Shown here piece after piece: positions 10,478 to 23,328 of a stretch of DNA of 64,000 nucleotides. A program made the position numbers and the translations under genes. Source of the DNA: Guillardia theta CCMP2712 (Eukaryota > Protista > Cryptophyta). The notes beneath the pieces are model-generated. The model did not search any database. It had not been told where the DNA came from and saw nothing but the letters and a program-made list of their open reading frames with translations. Positions within the stretch are counted from its first letter, which is position 1. The number at the start of each line of letters is the position of its first letter. The stretch covers positions 400,219 through 464,218 of the forward strand of contig NW_005434668.1 in the NCBI RefSeq assembly GCF_000315625.1, given 5' to 3'.

Positions 10478-12270
10478 TTACTTCTTCTCCAGGCTTTCTG
10501 TAGCCTGCAATCAAGAGGGAAGTCAACCAATCAACCGTGATCAAATCATGGGAAGCTCACAATGGCACAACTGTTCACTCTTCCATCTTCGCCATAGAGG
10601 CGCTTCAAACAATGTCAGGGAGATGCCTCACATCAGCTAGATTACATACCCAGGTTCTCCGGCGCCCGAAGGACCCAGCTTGATTGCAACCAAATTCCGC
10701 AGTCTGGACAGAAGTTGAGTAAATCTCACAGAGGCAATGCGTCATGGGGTGAGGACACAATGTGACAAAGGATACTGAGTGATACATAGCTCTTGAAGAT
10801 CGAGTTGCTTCGAGGATTTGACTTGGATGAGTGTCCATCATGGAGCGCAAGATCTAGCACCTTTACCAGGTTGTTACCAAAGGAGTTGTTTGATTGTAAT
10901 TTGACCTTTGAATACGCACTCTGCTGTGTTTCTGCACTCAATGTGTCCAAAACCGTCATGGGTTCAATGGTATTTCCTTCTTTGTCGGTCAGCATGACAG
11001 GAACCTGCGGAGTTTGAGTCTATGTTGCAATGAGTTGGAAAAGCTTACTGTCACCCAACAACCGCTTGGAAGGAGTACCATTCTATCACCGCCATCAAAC
11101 TCCAACACCTTGAAACAGTACATATCAGCATATGATCTCGGAGCATTGCAAAATGGCGAAGGAGCATTACCTTTGAGTATTCATCTTTCATTTCTCCCCA
11201 GACTACTGTCCTTGATGCTTTCATATGTTGATCCACCATTTCAGTTTCTCTTCGAACCCTGGAATCACCATCCCATAGAATGCTTCCTCTAGATCTGAAG
11301 TTTAGAAATCCACCTCCAAGTCTCCAACTCCTTCTGCTGGAAGCATCGCCCGCAAAAGAGCCGACTATGTCGAGAAATTGCAACGGCGGCCGAGTCTGCT
11401 CAGTTTTTGCTTTCTGGGTTTTCACCGCTGAAATGGTTTCCCCTGACTTCTTCTGCGCTTGCGTGCCAAATCCAATTGGGCCTTTCTGAGGCAATTTCAT
11501 CCTACGCTCCTCGAACAGAATGATCCTCGATAGAACGTAGTGTTTGTCGTAGATTACGTTGCATCGAACCCTTTCATCGTCATTGATTGGGATAGACATG
11601 TCGATAACTAGTCCTGCCAAGTTGTGATAGTCTGGAACCGACGTCATGGATATGTCTCTTGACTGTAATGAAGATCGGTTACAAGAATGTCATGTGGGAT
11701 AGCACAAAATCTTACATAGAACCCGTCAATGGTCGCATCAAAATCATCATCAGGTCGGATCGTAGTCTCATGCGCAACGGGCTCGAGGTTCAGCATTTCG
11801 TTCTGTTCACCGATGAATCTTTCAACTGCAGTCTCTCGCTCCACCTCTACCACATCGAGGACATAGTTTCTTATGATATAAGGTTCTACGTATTCACCAG
11901 TCCCAGGGTCGATGTGAAGTGCTTTGCCTTGCCACCTGCCCAGATTGTATTGCGAAAATGCATACCATTGCGGATCACCATTCATCATCAGACTCGAAAG
12001 AGGCTGTTTTCTCATATTGGACGCCTTCATAGTACAGATTTGCAGAGAAAAACCGTCAATTTGTTGGCAAAGCGACGGAGCTGACGAGGGACAGTGAAAA
12101 TAACGCGGCGCAAAAGAGTTGAACGCATGAGATGGGCTAAGATGAAGAACAGCCAGGAGCATAGAAGAAAAGCACAGCACACGCCGACAAGTCTTCTCCA
12201 TAGATCTTGACATCTTGATACTGCGGCAACCTCTTTGCGGCCGCTCAAACAGCTTGTCCGGCAGGCGCAT
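10478..12270 (-). CDS. Plastid-targeted DUF3598/BFA1-like protein, multi-exon
   Basis: Signal peptide ending SHA-F followed by a Ser-rich transit peptide. QWYAFSQYNLGRWQG resembles the DUF3598 N-terminus. C-terminus CLKRLYGEDGRV..ATESLEKK* stops at 10478. Start may be a downstream Met. Confidence 0.65.
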
Positions 12271-14202
12271 TGCGACTGTCGTGCGAGTACCCTACCTGAT
12301 TCCTAGATAAACCACCCCTCCTTTGGCCAGTTCGGTCAGCCCCTTCTCCCATTCGAGTCTAGTGGTCGGTCGGCCGATGCACTGCCGGGCCGGGCCGGGT
12401 GCCGGGCTGCGGCCCGCCGTACCAACGTGTCGGACGCCCGCTGAGAAAATGTTTTTTTAGGAGGGTGGGGTGGAACATTGTTAGGGGTCCATTTAAGTTC
12501 TAGGGGTACTTTGCACTACTAAAATTGGGGTGCTGATTAGCAAAGTTGTCTTTACTGATCCTTGACAAGTGGGGTGGGCTTGTACAAACACCATATTTCC
12601 TGGTAGGGTAGTCCTAAAGCTGCTTCTGTGTCTCACCACCCTCACCACCATGTTCTCACATTGTCACAAGAAACCCTACCCCTTATTCAATCTTGTGATA
12701 GTAAACTATTACTTATTCATATTTTCAGTACATTTTGTTTCTGATTGTGTTTTAATCTTTAAACATTATTAGACCCTCAGCGGTAACACCAGGAAACCCC
12801 GCCCTTCCTCGTAGTCTTCCCGCCCCTACCACTTCCTGTGGAAAATAAAAAAGAATGCACTAGCTTTATGGTACAAAACCCCTCGCAAAAATTCAAATTT
12901 ACTGATCAACATGTCCTTTCATTTTTTTCTATCACATCATAAGTAGTTCAAATTAACCCCTAGTATCCGACGAAACTTCCACTACCGGTCCCCTATCCAA
13001 GGGCTGCTCCACGGGCCCAAGACCACCCCCCTTCGCTAGTTCCGACTACCCCCATGTTTCCTTTCCTCAACCACCCATCTGCTCAGCTTCCCGGCTGGGG
13101 CTTCCCGTAGACTTCCTCCCCTCGTGCTCATTTTTTTTCCCCTCGTTCAAAAGAGGATCTATTTTAGGAGCCCAATTGTACCAGCCCAAAGAAGATTGAT
13201 AGAACAGACAGTTCACCTCAGTGAGCTATAGACTTTTATTATCTCAGAGATGAGGGCAGTAGATCAAAATTCATATTTGTTTCTATATATAGTACTATAT
13301 GATGAGACGATTTTTCAACTGCCCTCGGAATATGTGTGGGGATGGGGAAACATTCGTTGTTAAAAATATTTTACTTGACAGAGGGGGAAGGGAAGCGAGA
13401 GGGTGGGACACCCCTGTCGGGAATATTAGAGTCATTATTTTGCAATGGGTGGTTGCCTGGTCCTTCGGGGGGTAGGGGTGAGGGTGCGGGTGGTTTGAAA
13501 ATGTGGGCAAATTTGTAACCCATTCAAATTTGTGGACGATATTTGAGAACTGCTAGGAAATATATGGATAGAATTTCGATATTTCAACAAGAGCCCTTGA
13601 AATTGTTTCCTCGGCGCCATATCGCCGCCGCCATTGCCCCTCCTCTGCCAACTACCAAGAGCGCCATTCCCCCTTCCCTTCTCTCTTCCCGCTCCACAAC
13701 CCCCCTCTTCCTCTGTGTTTCATCCTCAAACCTTCCTTAAAGGGCGTGCGCGCGCCTTGCGCGCGCTCGCCCTCCTGGAGTGAGCGCCATAAGCAGGCGC
13801 CCCTAGGAGGGCTGGCTGAGCGGTTGCGAGAGCAGGGGAGGCAGGAAGATTTTACGCTGCTCCGTGACAGGCTTGGATATATTTATTGGGAGGGCAATAT
13901 CAAGATGAAGAATGCATGATTTGATGATGCTAAGGCAGAATTTATGGTTTTGAGGGCTTGTATGCCCCGAGAGCAAACCTACCGCAACAAGGGGGAAGCG
14001 AGGAGTTTTTCCGCCGCGCAAGCCTTGCGCATCTGTTTATAGCGTGCAGACCTATCAGAAAGTGATATTCGTCAAATTCTCTACCTGTTGGTGTGACACA
14101 AAGCAGCACATCTGAAACATTTATTTTCATCGTACAAAGTTTTTTTTCTTTTTTTTTTCTCTTTCTTCGCAGTTTAAACAACTAGCAAAGATAGCGCCGA
14201 GA

Positions 14203-16262
14203 ATGTCAAACCGTGCCTTTCGGCCTAGGCCGATCGATTTCTCTCGACCAATGCCGGTGGTCAAATCACAGAGAGATCTCGAAGTCAACGAAGATGGAGT
14301 TCTTGTGCCCAAGAAGGAGGCATTGGAACCCGAATCTTTGTTGGATATGAACGATGTCGGAGATGAGGTACTTTTTTACTTGATGCATGTGGATTATGTT
14401 AGATTTTGCTGACCGGATTTGCTGCAGGACATGGAAACCTTAAGAATATTAAATGAGCAATATGATAAGGAATCAAAGAAAGCGAATATTCCAGTCCCAC
14501 CGATAATCGTTATTGATGACTATGACAAACATGTCGCCAAAGACTTTGTTCGTCCAAGTCATTATTTGAGATATAAAGGTTAGTCATTTTCAGAACTTAT
14601 CTTTGCTTTACTCACATGTTTTGTAGCTCCGTCGGAAAAAGAGCTTGATGATGTGGTTGAATATGAAATGGATGACGAAGACATAGAATTCGTTACCAAA
14701 ACATTGCCAGCCATGAAAGTAACTCTAAAGGAAGAGAAGTTTGAGCAAATTGTAGATCGTCTAGAGAAAGAATCCTTTAAACTGGTACATCCATTATGTA
14801 CTGAGTTACTGGTCTAATGTTGTTTTCAGGGGAAAATGTGTGAAATGTCTGTGCTCGAGACCTATAAGTTGGGTGGTGGAAAGCAGGTTACACAAGTATT
14901 CGATTATTGGGTCAAAAAGCGTAGCAAGACGGGAAGGGCTTTGATTCGCAGGTTTCAGCCACCCACTCCTATCAGTGATATGTCTCCACATTCTACTTTT
15001 CGACCACGAGAGAAGGAAGAGAAAAGGATTCGTCGTACTCGCAAGAACGACAAGGATGCTCACAAGAAGCTCAAAGGCCTGCAAGCAGATTTCAGAAGGT
15101 CAGTTTGGACAATTGATCTCTGTTGACGATTTCGTGACTGTTTCAATAGGGCAAAGGAAATACTGGAAAGAGTGGTATGGAGAGAAAGGATCAAAAAGAT
15201 GTTGCTTCGCATAGAATTTTGCTTGCAGTTTGCAAAGGATATCAAGGATGTTCCTACAAGTATTATTTCGGAACATGACAGCTTCTTCAAAGAGTTGCAA
15301 AGGGAGAAACTAAAGAGAGCTACTGCACAGAAGAAACCTGAAGGATTGGAAGAAGATGGAAATAGGAGTCATGTACCTCAGGCTGCAAGGCCAAGGCAAG
15401 TTCCATCTAGGCAAGTTGCAGGATCCGCAAATGCTGAAGAAGAAGTTCTAAAACTCGAAGAACCTATTGTATCTGCGGAAAAAGCAGAGCAATTGAGAAG
15501 ATGCTTCCAGCACTTGATGAAATCTTGGGATGAAGATGGGGACAGTGCTGGAACATCGGTTCTTCCAATTACCAAGGATGCAAAATTCTGTACAAGCTCA
15601 ACACCGGACAGGTTAGTCTCTCTGTGTAACGATGATGTATCTCACCTCATTTGTTCAGGGAATCGTTGATTTACCGTGGACGAGCAAGGATAGGTCGGGG
15701 TGGCAGAGTGATTTTTGATAGGTGCACATCTAACGCGTACGATGCACACCGCACTGGGGATGAATGGGATGATTCAGTGGGTTCAAAGAGATCCAGACAT
15801 AATGCGGACTTGGACATCTCACACTCCAGTAATGGTCACAGGGAGGATAGGTTAAGTGCAATGTTGAGGGATTGGCAGAACTCCGCGGAATGGAGACGGG
15901 ACAAAAAACGAATTAACTGTAATTGGAATATTCTGGGAAATGATTCATTTCTGGCCAAAAAGTCTGACAACTCAAGACCAGCAGCCAACAGCAACAACAT
16001 TAACCATTGCCGTGTTGTAAATGGTACCAGACACTCAAAACATCTAAACATTTCAAAGTCAAATTCATTGGGAGCTTTATCAGGCATGCTGGGAAAGGCC
16101 AGTGGGCCTCTGTTAAGTTTTATCGGAGGATCAAATGTAGGGGGTAATAATGTTGATAATTCAGTGAGATTTGTCGATGGCTTCAGCAACTTCAATGGTT
16201 GTCACAAGGATGAACATGATAGCGCTGCTTCTTCGGCTTCGACTACTACTGAGGCAGACTGA
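14203..16262 (+). CDS. EPL1: Enhancer of polycomb-like protein (NuA4 subunit), 6 exons
   Basis: N-terminus MSNRAFRPRPIDFSRPMPV. Motifs IPVPPI, VEYEMDDEDIEF, FEQIVDRLEKES, VFDYWVKKR, PHSTFRPRE and YRGRARIGRGGRVIFDR. Exons approx. 14203-14367, 14429-14578, 14627-14783, 14830-15098, 15150-15610, 15659-16262. Confidence 0.93.
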
Positions 16263-16469
16263 GACGCTTTTCCTCGCCAATTCATCGCTGTTTCAATAAA
16301 TTTTATTATTTTCACAAGTTTGTTGACAAGTTGATGATAAGATTTCAGGTACATCAGCTAGCGTCCGAGGGCGGTCACGTTCGAGCCGAAGTCTCTCTGC
16401 AATGCAGTTGAGTGTCTTATCGGTCACCAGCATATTTCACCATGATGCGCTGCTCGGACTGGCGGTTCC

Positions 16470-18555
16470 TTACAGGCAGCAGTTTCTCCAACGGGACACC
16501 CTGACAAGTTCGGATGTCAGACAGCTGGAGAGCGCGAGCTCATCAACCTCCCATGCATGGCTGGACTTGATCATTTCCCGCCGCTTGCTCGGAGACATGT
16601 AGGATGCAGCCATGCTCTCTTCGTCGCTCTCGTGCCGCGAGTCAGCGAGACTGACCTCTTGAGACGCCATTAGATGCCGCAAACTGCAGAGAACCGAGAG
16701 GCTCACCCGGACTCCGCTGCCACTGTCTATCAGCCAGTGTCTCGATGGACTGTCTTCTCGACACGGCCACGTGCTCGACTCGCTTCTTGCTTCGCTCTGC
16801 CTGCAGCTGGTGATCGTCACAAAGCATGTCCAAGGATTGAGTTTGACTTGGCACCTCAAGCTTGAGCTCAGCGACCGTCGCCCTCAATCTCGACAGCTCA
16901 TCTCTCAGCTGGTAGTCATCATCGTGATACCTCTCCTGCTTCATCTGCGAGCCAAGTTCGTCACATTTCCAGGAGATTGACGGGAGATCTGCCTTCTTCA
17001 GCTCGACCTCGGCCCGAGTGCGTTTGAGCACTTCTTGCTGTGCGTCGTGTTGTCAGTTGATGAATGAATTGAAACTTGCTAGTCGCCACCAGAACCTTCA
17101 CAATCCTTTTCATCACCATCACCATCACCATCACCATCACCATCACCATCACCATCGGCATCACATCCATCATCACAATCACCACCATCAGCGTCAATTT
17201 CTCCATTTTCAATGCTTCCAGTTTCCTTCAGCGCCATCATCGTTTCCTTACATCGAGGTCCACGATGACTTTTCTCAGCAGACTCTGTCGGTGCAAGTCA
17301 AGAACCGGCATGGTAGCTGGAAGAACGAATTACCTTCGCCTCGTCCAAATCTCTTAGGCGATCGACGAGATGGAGGAGAGGAGGGAACGAGACAGGAAAG
17401 GAATCAGCCGCTGCTGCCGCAGACCCTTCTTCATGCGCTGAACGTCTGAACTTCACGATCAGTCTCAACAGAACAGGCCATCCCTTCACGTGCCTTGCAA
17501 GCGCATCGAGCTCGACTTCATTCGCCTCCTCCCCACCTGATGTACTCTGAGTTGAGGAAGAGGAGGAGGAGGAGAGCAGGGGGGATATGGTTTCAATACA
17601 GGACTTCATTCGCCTCCTCCCCCACCTGAAGTACTCTGAGTTAAGAGGGAGGAGGGAGGAGAGAGTGGAGAAAGAGGAGGAAGGAGGGAGAAAGGAGGGG
17701 GGAGGGGGGAGGAGGGAGGAGGGATGAGGGATGAGGGAGGAGGGAGGAGAGAGTGGAGAAAGAGGAGGAGGAAGCATCGCCACCTGAGAACCCTTCCACG
17801 TATCGCCGTTGGAGGAGGTCGAGAAATTGCTGCCCGTCTCTTGCCATGAGGAGCTCACTGAGGTAGAGAGTCATGCCCTTCCTCTCTCCAGCAAACATTC
17901 GCCATCATCATCATCATCGCTCGTACCGTTCAAGAGGATTGTCATGATATGTAATCTTGGTCAGACTTCCTCTCATTCCTCGGTATCCATGCTAGTGCGC
18001 ACAATCACCTAGCAGCAAACATGGCAGAACTCGAACCTTGGGCACGGGTGAGAGCGCGCCGAGTGAGGGGGAGATGCTGCGAAACTGGTTGGCGTGCAGC
18101 TCGAGGGTCTGGAGTCGGAGGAGGTTGCTGATGCTCGGCGGCAGGTAGGAGAGCTTGTTGTGGTGGAGAGCGAGGACCCTCAGGTTGACTAGGTAACCGA
18201 TGGAGGTCGGGATCAGCTGCAGCTCATTCTCTTGCATCTGCAGCCTCTCCAGCCGTGTCATGTGGCAGAGAACATCTGGGAAGCTCGAGAAGCTGTTCCT
18301 TGCCAGGTTGACGGCAAGGAGACTCGCAAGGCTCGTCATGCTCTCGGGGAGGGCCTTGAGCTGGTTGAACGCCAGGTTGATCGAGGTGATGTGCCTGCAA
18401 CTACAGACGCTCGTCGGCAAGTTGACGAGCCTCTCGTTGTAGAGGAAGAGGTCGGTCTCCCGGGTTTCAATGCACTCTTGTATCCTGTCCTTGACCTTCC
18501 TCCTCTCTCGCTCCCACTCCTGCTCCCATCCAAAGTCGCTCACAGACTCCTCCAT
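16470..18555 (-). CDS. Leucine-rich repeat protein with C-terminal coiled coil, multi-exon
   Basis: About 6 LxxLxLxxNxL-xxLP repeats in ORF 17992..18582. Downstream exons at ~17785-17945, ~17330-17536 and ~16660-17040. Termini approximate. Confidence 0.8.
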
Positions 18556-19088
18556 GGCCGAGAGATTCACACGGGAGAACAAGAGAGGTGGGGAAGTAGC
18601 TGCAAGAGAGATGGAGGATAGCAGGAGAACCGATCACGACAAACACAATGCTGGGTAGCAAGAGCGGAAGGAGGCATGAGAGAGGCAAGGAGCTAATCCG
18701 TTGCGAGGTAGAAGGGGGTGGTGGTGGTGGATGAAGGAGGAGGAGAGATGGTGCGTGTGGGGGGATGGGGAGNNNNNNNNNNNNNNNNNNNNNNNNNNNN
18801 NNNNNNNNNNNNNNNNNNNNNNNNNNNNNNNNNNNNNNNNNNNNNNNNNNNNNNNNNNNNNNNNNNNNNNNNGAATCGTGACATACCAGCATACACATCT
18901 ACTATATTTTCACAACTGTAATTACAGCAAATTAGCATATTCTCAGGATATAGGGTAATCCTCCTCCGACCATATCTGCTCCAAATTTCCCATTCCCTCC
19001 TCCCCTTCCCCATCTCTCCTCCTCCTCCTCCTCCTCCTCCTCCTCCTCCTCCTCCTCCTCCTCCTCCTCCATGATCATGATTATTGTG

Positions 19089-19129
<41 letters not shown>

Positions 19130-19197
19130 ACTCCCTGGCTCATTCACTTACGCTTATCCTGGCATCTCCCCGAGCATACTGGGCTCTCACTCCTATG

Positions 19198-21784
19198 TTA
19201 TCCTCGACCCCACCACGAACGATCCCGCCGGCTTCCCTCCCCCTCCCCGCTGCATCCTACTTCACAGTCAGTTGCCTCCTGCCCCCCTCCAGCGCCAGCT
19301 CAACCTTCTGCGGACGATCGCCATGCCGAGAGCGAGGACGAAGAAGAAGACGCCGATCAGTGCGACACTGCGGCGACATCAAGAGCAAGAGGAGGAGGAG
19401 GAGATGCGTACAGAAGTCCAGCCCACCATGGCGGCCCTCCGTTACGCGACCTTNNNNNNNNNNNNNNNNNNNNNNNNNNNNNNNNNNNNNNNNNNNNNNN
19501 NNNNNNNNNNNNNNNNNNNNNNNNNNNNNNNNNNNNNNNNNNNNNNNNNNNNNNNNNNNNNNNNNNNNNNNNNNNNNNNNNNNNNNNNNNNNNNNNNNNN
19601 NNNNNNNNNNNNNNNNNNNNNNNNNNNNNNNNNNNNNNNNNNNNNNNNNNNNNNNNNNNNNNNNNNNNNNNNNNNNNNNNNNNNNNNNNNNNNNNNNNNN
19701 NNNNNNNNNNNNNNNNNNNNNNNNNNNNNNNNNNNNNNNNNNNNNNNNNNNNNNNNNNNNNNNNNNNNNNNNNNNNNNNNNNNNNNNNNNNNNNNNNNNN
19801 NNNNNNNNNNNNNNNNNNNNNNNNNNNNNNNNNNNNNNNNNNNNNNNNNNNNNNNNNNNNNNNNNNNNNNNNNNNNNNNNNNNNNNNNNNNNNNNNNNNN
19901 NNNNNNNNNNNNNNNNNNNNNNNNNNNNNNNNNNNNNNNNNNNNNNNNNNNNNNNNNNNNNNNNNNNNNNNNNNNNNNNNNNNNNNNNNNNNNNNNNNNN
20001 NNNNNNNNNNNNNNNNNNNNNNNNNNNNNNNNNNNNNNNNNNNNNNNNNNNNNNNNNNNNNNNNNNNNNNNNNNNNNNNNNNNNNNNNNNNNNNNNNNNN
20101 NNNNNNNNNNNNNNNNNNNNNNNNNNNNNNNNNNNNNNNNNNNNNNNNNNNNNNNNNNNNNNNNNNNNNNNNNNNNNNNNNNNNNNNNNNNNNNNNNNNN
20201 NNNNNNNNNNNNNNNNNNNNNNNNNNNNNNNNNNNNNNNNNNNNNNNNNNNNNNNNNNNNNNNNNNNNNNNNNNNNNNNNNNNNNNNNNNGCAGGAGCAG
20301 GAGCAGGAGGAGCAGGAGGAGGACGAGTAGTAGGAGGAGGAGCAGGAGGAGAAGTAAAGAAGCTGGAGGGTCATTGGGTTGGGAGGATCACCAGCTCGAA
20401 GGTCTGCGGTGGCCTCCCGATGGAAACAGGAACGAGGAAGGTAAGACGATGCTCGTCGAGGAGCGGGACTCTGCGGATGATGGGCTGGCAAGGAAGATGA
20501 TAAGCTGGAAATACATGAGGGGGAAGGGGAAGGGAGGACGGGGGAGAGTGGAGGAGGAAGAGGAGGAGAACGGAGAGGGAGCGGGGGGAAGGGGAGAGAG
20601 AGAAAAGGAAGGAGAGGAGAAGGCAGAAGGAGCCGGGAGCGGGGAGGGGGGGGAGTCTGGAACCTGTCTCTTGACATGGCCAACGAAGGAAGAAGGATCT
20701 CCAAATTTGCCGAGAGCATAGTTGGGGTTGCGAGGTGCAAGAAAAATCTCCGGCTTCCCCTCCGGTTGCCAGCGGAACACAACAGCACACGCCTAAACCC
20801 TTGCATGAGAGGGGGAGAGAGGAAGGAAGAGTAAGGAAGGAGGAGGAGAAGAAGAGAAAAAGAGAGGAGAAGAGACGAGGAAGAGGAGAAAGGAGGAGAG
20901 GAGGAGGAGAGAGGAAAAGAGACGAGGAGGAGAGAGGAGGAGAGAGGAGGAGGAGACATGAGGAGAGAGGAGGAGGCCTGATTTGGATATACACTTTCGA
21001 TAGAGGAACAGCGCTTTTTCTTTTTTTCTTTTGGAAACGCTGTGATTTTCTTGCTTTCTTCTTGACTACCCTCGTTCCTCTCTTCCTCCAAATACTTCTT
21101 TTCCTGGCGCAAATATCTGTCTTGCGACANNNNNNNNNNNNNNNNNNNNNNNNNNNNNNNNNNNNNNNNNNNNNNNNNNNNNNNNNNNNNNNNNNNNNNN
21201 NNNNNNNNNNNNNNNNNNNNNNNNNNNNNCTCCGAGCTGATCGAGAATGAGGATGGCGAAGACGGTGGAGGGGGGGGGGAGGAGGATGGAAGCGACAGGG
21301 AGAGGACGATCAGACAAGAAACCAGAGGCAAAGGAGGAAGGGAGCGCATTGTGAAAGGAGGAGAGAGAAAAAAGGAAGGGAGGAGGGAGGAGGGAGGCAA
21401 AGTTGACCTGGAGCTCTGCAGTAGAGTTGGAGGTAAGGAAGGAGAACGAGGGTTCCGGGACAGGCTTTCCTATCGGACCATGATCTCCTGATACCTGCGC
21501 CATCCTTAGGCCGCCAGCAGGGGCAACCTCCTCCTCTCCTCCCGAGCTCACGTTGGCGAGGGAGAGGAAGAAAGGAGGAAGAGGCGGAGCTGAGCCGGGA
21601 ACACGCGCAGGTGCTGGTCCGAAACCTGGGAGGCGAGAGGAGGAGGAGGAGGAGGAGGAGGAGGAGAACGTCAGGCTCGCGCTACAAGAATGATTTACAT
21701 CGCGCATGCTTCTCATCATCCGAAGCAGCGATGCACAAATTTCCTGCTCCTGCTCCTGCGCCTGCGCCTGCGCCTGCGCCTGCG

Positions 21785-21849
<65 letters not shown>

Positions 21850-23328
21850 CCTTTCTTCCCCTCCTGTTCCCCGGGAGCTCCTTGTCCTCCTGTACCTGCA
21901 ATCCCCCGCTCCATCCCAGCATCCCCGTGATGGGTAGTTAATGGCATCCGAACGGAGCGAGGGAACCTGTATCCTCCGATGTCGATCAAAGTCCTGCTCG
22001 AAAAAATCAGCTTTTCAAAGGCACTTTTTCCATTCTCCTTCCTCCTCCCTCTCCCTGCTCTCTCCTCCCCCCGGTCTCTTCNNNNNNNNNNNNNNNNNNN
22101 NNNNNNNNNNNNNNNNNNNNNNNNNNNNNNNNNNNNNNNNNNNNNNNNNNNNNNNNNNNNNNNNNNNNNNNNNNNNNNNNNNNNNNNNNNNNNNNNNNNN
22201 NNNNNNNNNNNNNNNNNNNNNNNNNNNNNNNNNNNNNNNNNNNNNNNNNNNNNNNNNNNNNNNNNNNNNNNNNNNNNNNNNNNNNNNNNNNNNNNNNNNN
22301 NNNNNNNNNNNNNNNNNNNNNNNNNNNNNNNNNNNNNNNNNNNNNNNNNNNNNNNNNNNNNNNNNNNNNNNNNNNNNNNNNNNNNNNNNNNNNNNNNNNN
22401 NNNNNNNNNNNNNNNNNNNNNNNNNNNNNNNNNNNNNNNNNNNNNNNNNNNNNNNNNNNNNNNNNNNNNNNNNNNNNNNNNNNNNNNNNNNNNNNNNNNN
22501 NNNNNNNNNNNNNNNNNNNNNNNNNNNNNNNNNNNNNNNNNNNNNNNNNNNNNNNNNNNNNNNNNNNNNNNNNNNNNNNNNNNNNNNNNNNNNNNNNNNN
22601 NNNNNNNNNNNNNNNNNNNNNNNNNNNNNNNNNNNNNNNNNNNNNNNNNNNNNNNNNNNNNNNNNNNNNNNNNNNNNNNNNNNNNNNNNNNNNNNNNNNN
22701 NNNNNNNNNNNNNNNNNNNNNNNNNNNNNNNNNNNNNNNNNNNNNNNNNNNNNNNNNNNNNNNNNNNNNNNNNNNNNNNNNNNNNNNNNNNNNNNNNNNN
22801 NNNNNNNNNNNNNNNNNNNNNNNNNNNNNNNNNNNNNNNNNNNNAGCATAGCAGGCACGCTCAGCAGTCAGGCATGAACACACAAAAACCTGTCTGGTAT
22901 GATCGCCGGCAGGAGGGCAATCCAGCTCGACGGCCTCAGTTTAAGTGCACGAAAGTACCCAGAGCCCCGGTGGGCATCTCGGTCGAGCTTCCGTTTCTCA
23001 GAGAGAAAAGCAGGGCCTCTAAGTTCACAGTCTACCTGATCCAGACAGCCGGCATTACGAGGTTGAGTTCATGTCTTATGCCAGTCACGTGAGGGAGCCG
23101 GAGCGCGGCCGTGGGGGAGTCAGAGGAAGGGAAAGGAGACAAGAAAGGATGGCAGGAGAGGAGAGAGAGAATACAGGAGAGGAGGTGAGGAGGAGAGGAG
23201 GTGAGCTCTTGGGTGTTGCTTTACCTCTTGCTCGTGTGGTAGAGGCTGGAGATGGAGGAGCAGGCTTGAGCAAGCACGAGGACGAGGAGCGAACGGATGC
23301 TGAGGGAGGTGAAGGGCCTCATCGGCAT
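19198..23328 (-). CDS. Probable secreted/membrane-anchored aspartic protease-like protein, interrupted by three assembly gaps (may be more than one gene)
   Basis: Signal peptide MRPFTSLSIRSLLVLVLAQACS at 23322. Exon LTFLVPVSIGRPPQTFEL (~20390-20505) matches the pepsin-family xSIGTPPQxFx segment that precedes DTGS. After the gap, exons give PWWAGLL-VALIGVFFFVLALGMAIVRR (C-terminal TM) across a 44-nt intron at 19368-19411. Confidence 0.5.

Noticed and set aside
12438-12783. Inverted CCGCTGAG / CTCAGCGG pair as possible MITE ends
   Set aside because: Only 8 bp, does not extend, and no target-site duplication.
19071-19452. Plus-strand ORF with poly-Leu 'signal' and MPRARTKKK
   Set aside because: The poly-Leu is a (CTG)n microsatellite and the rest is the antisense shadow of minus-strand TM exons. 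ORF length is inflated by Ns.
19453-22844. Long ORFs running through X stretches
   Set aside because: Artefacts of assembly gaps.
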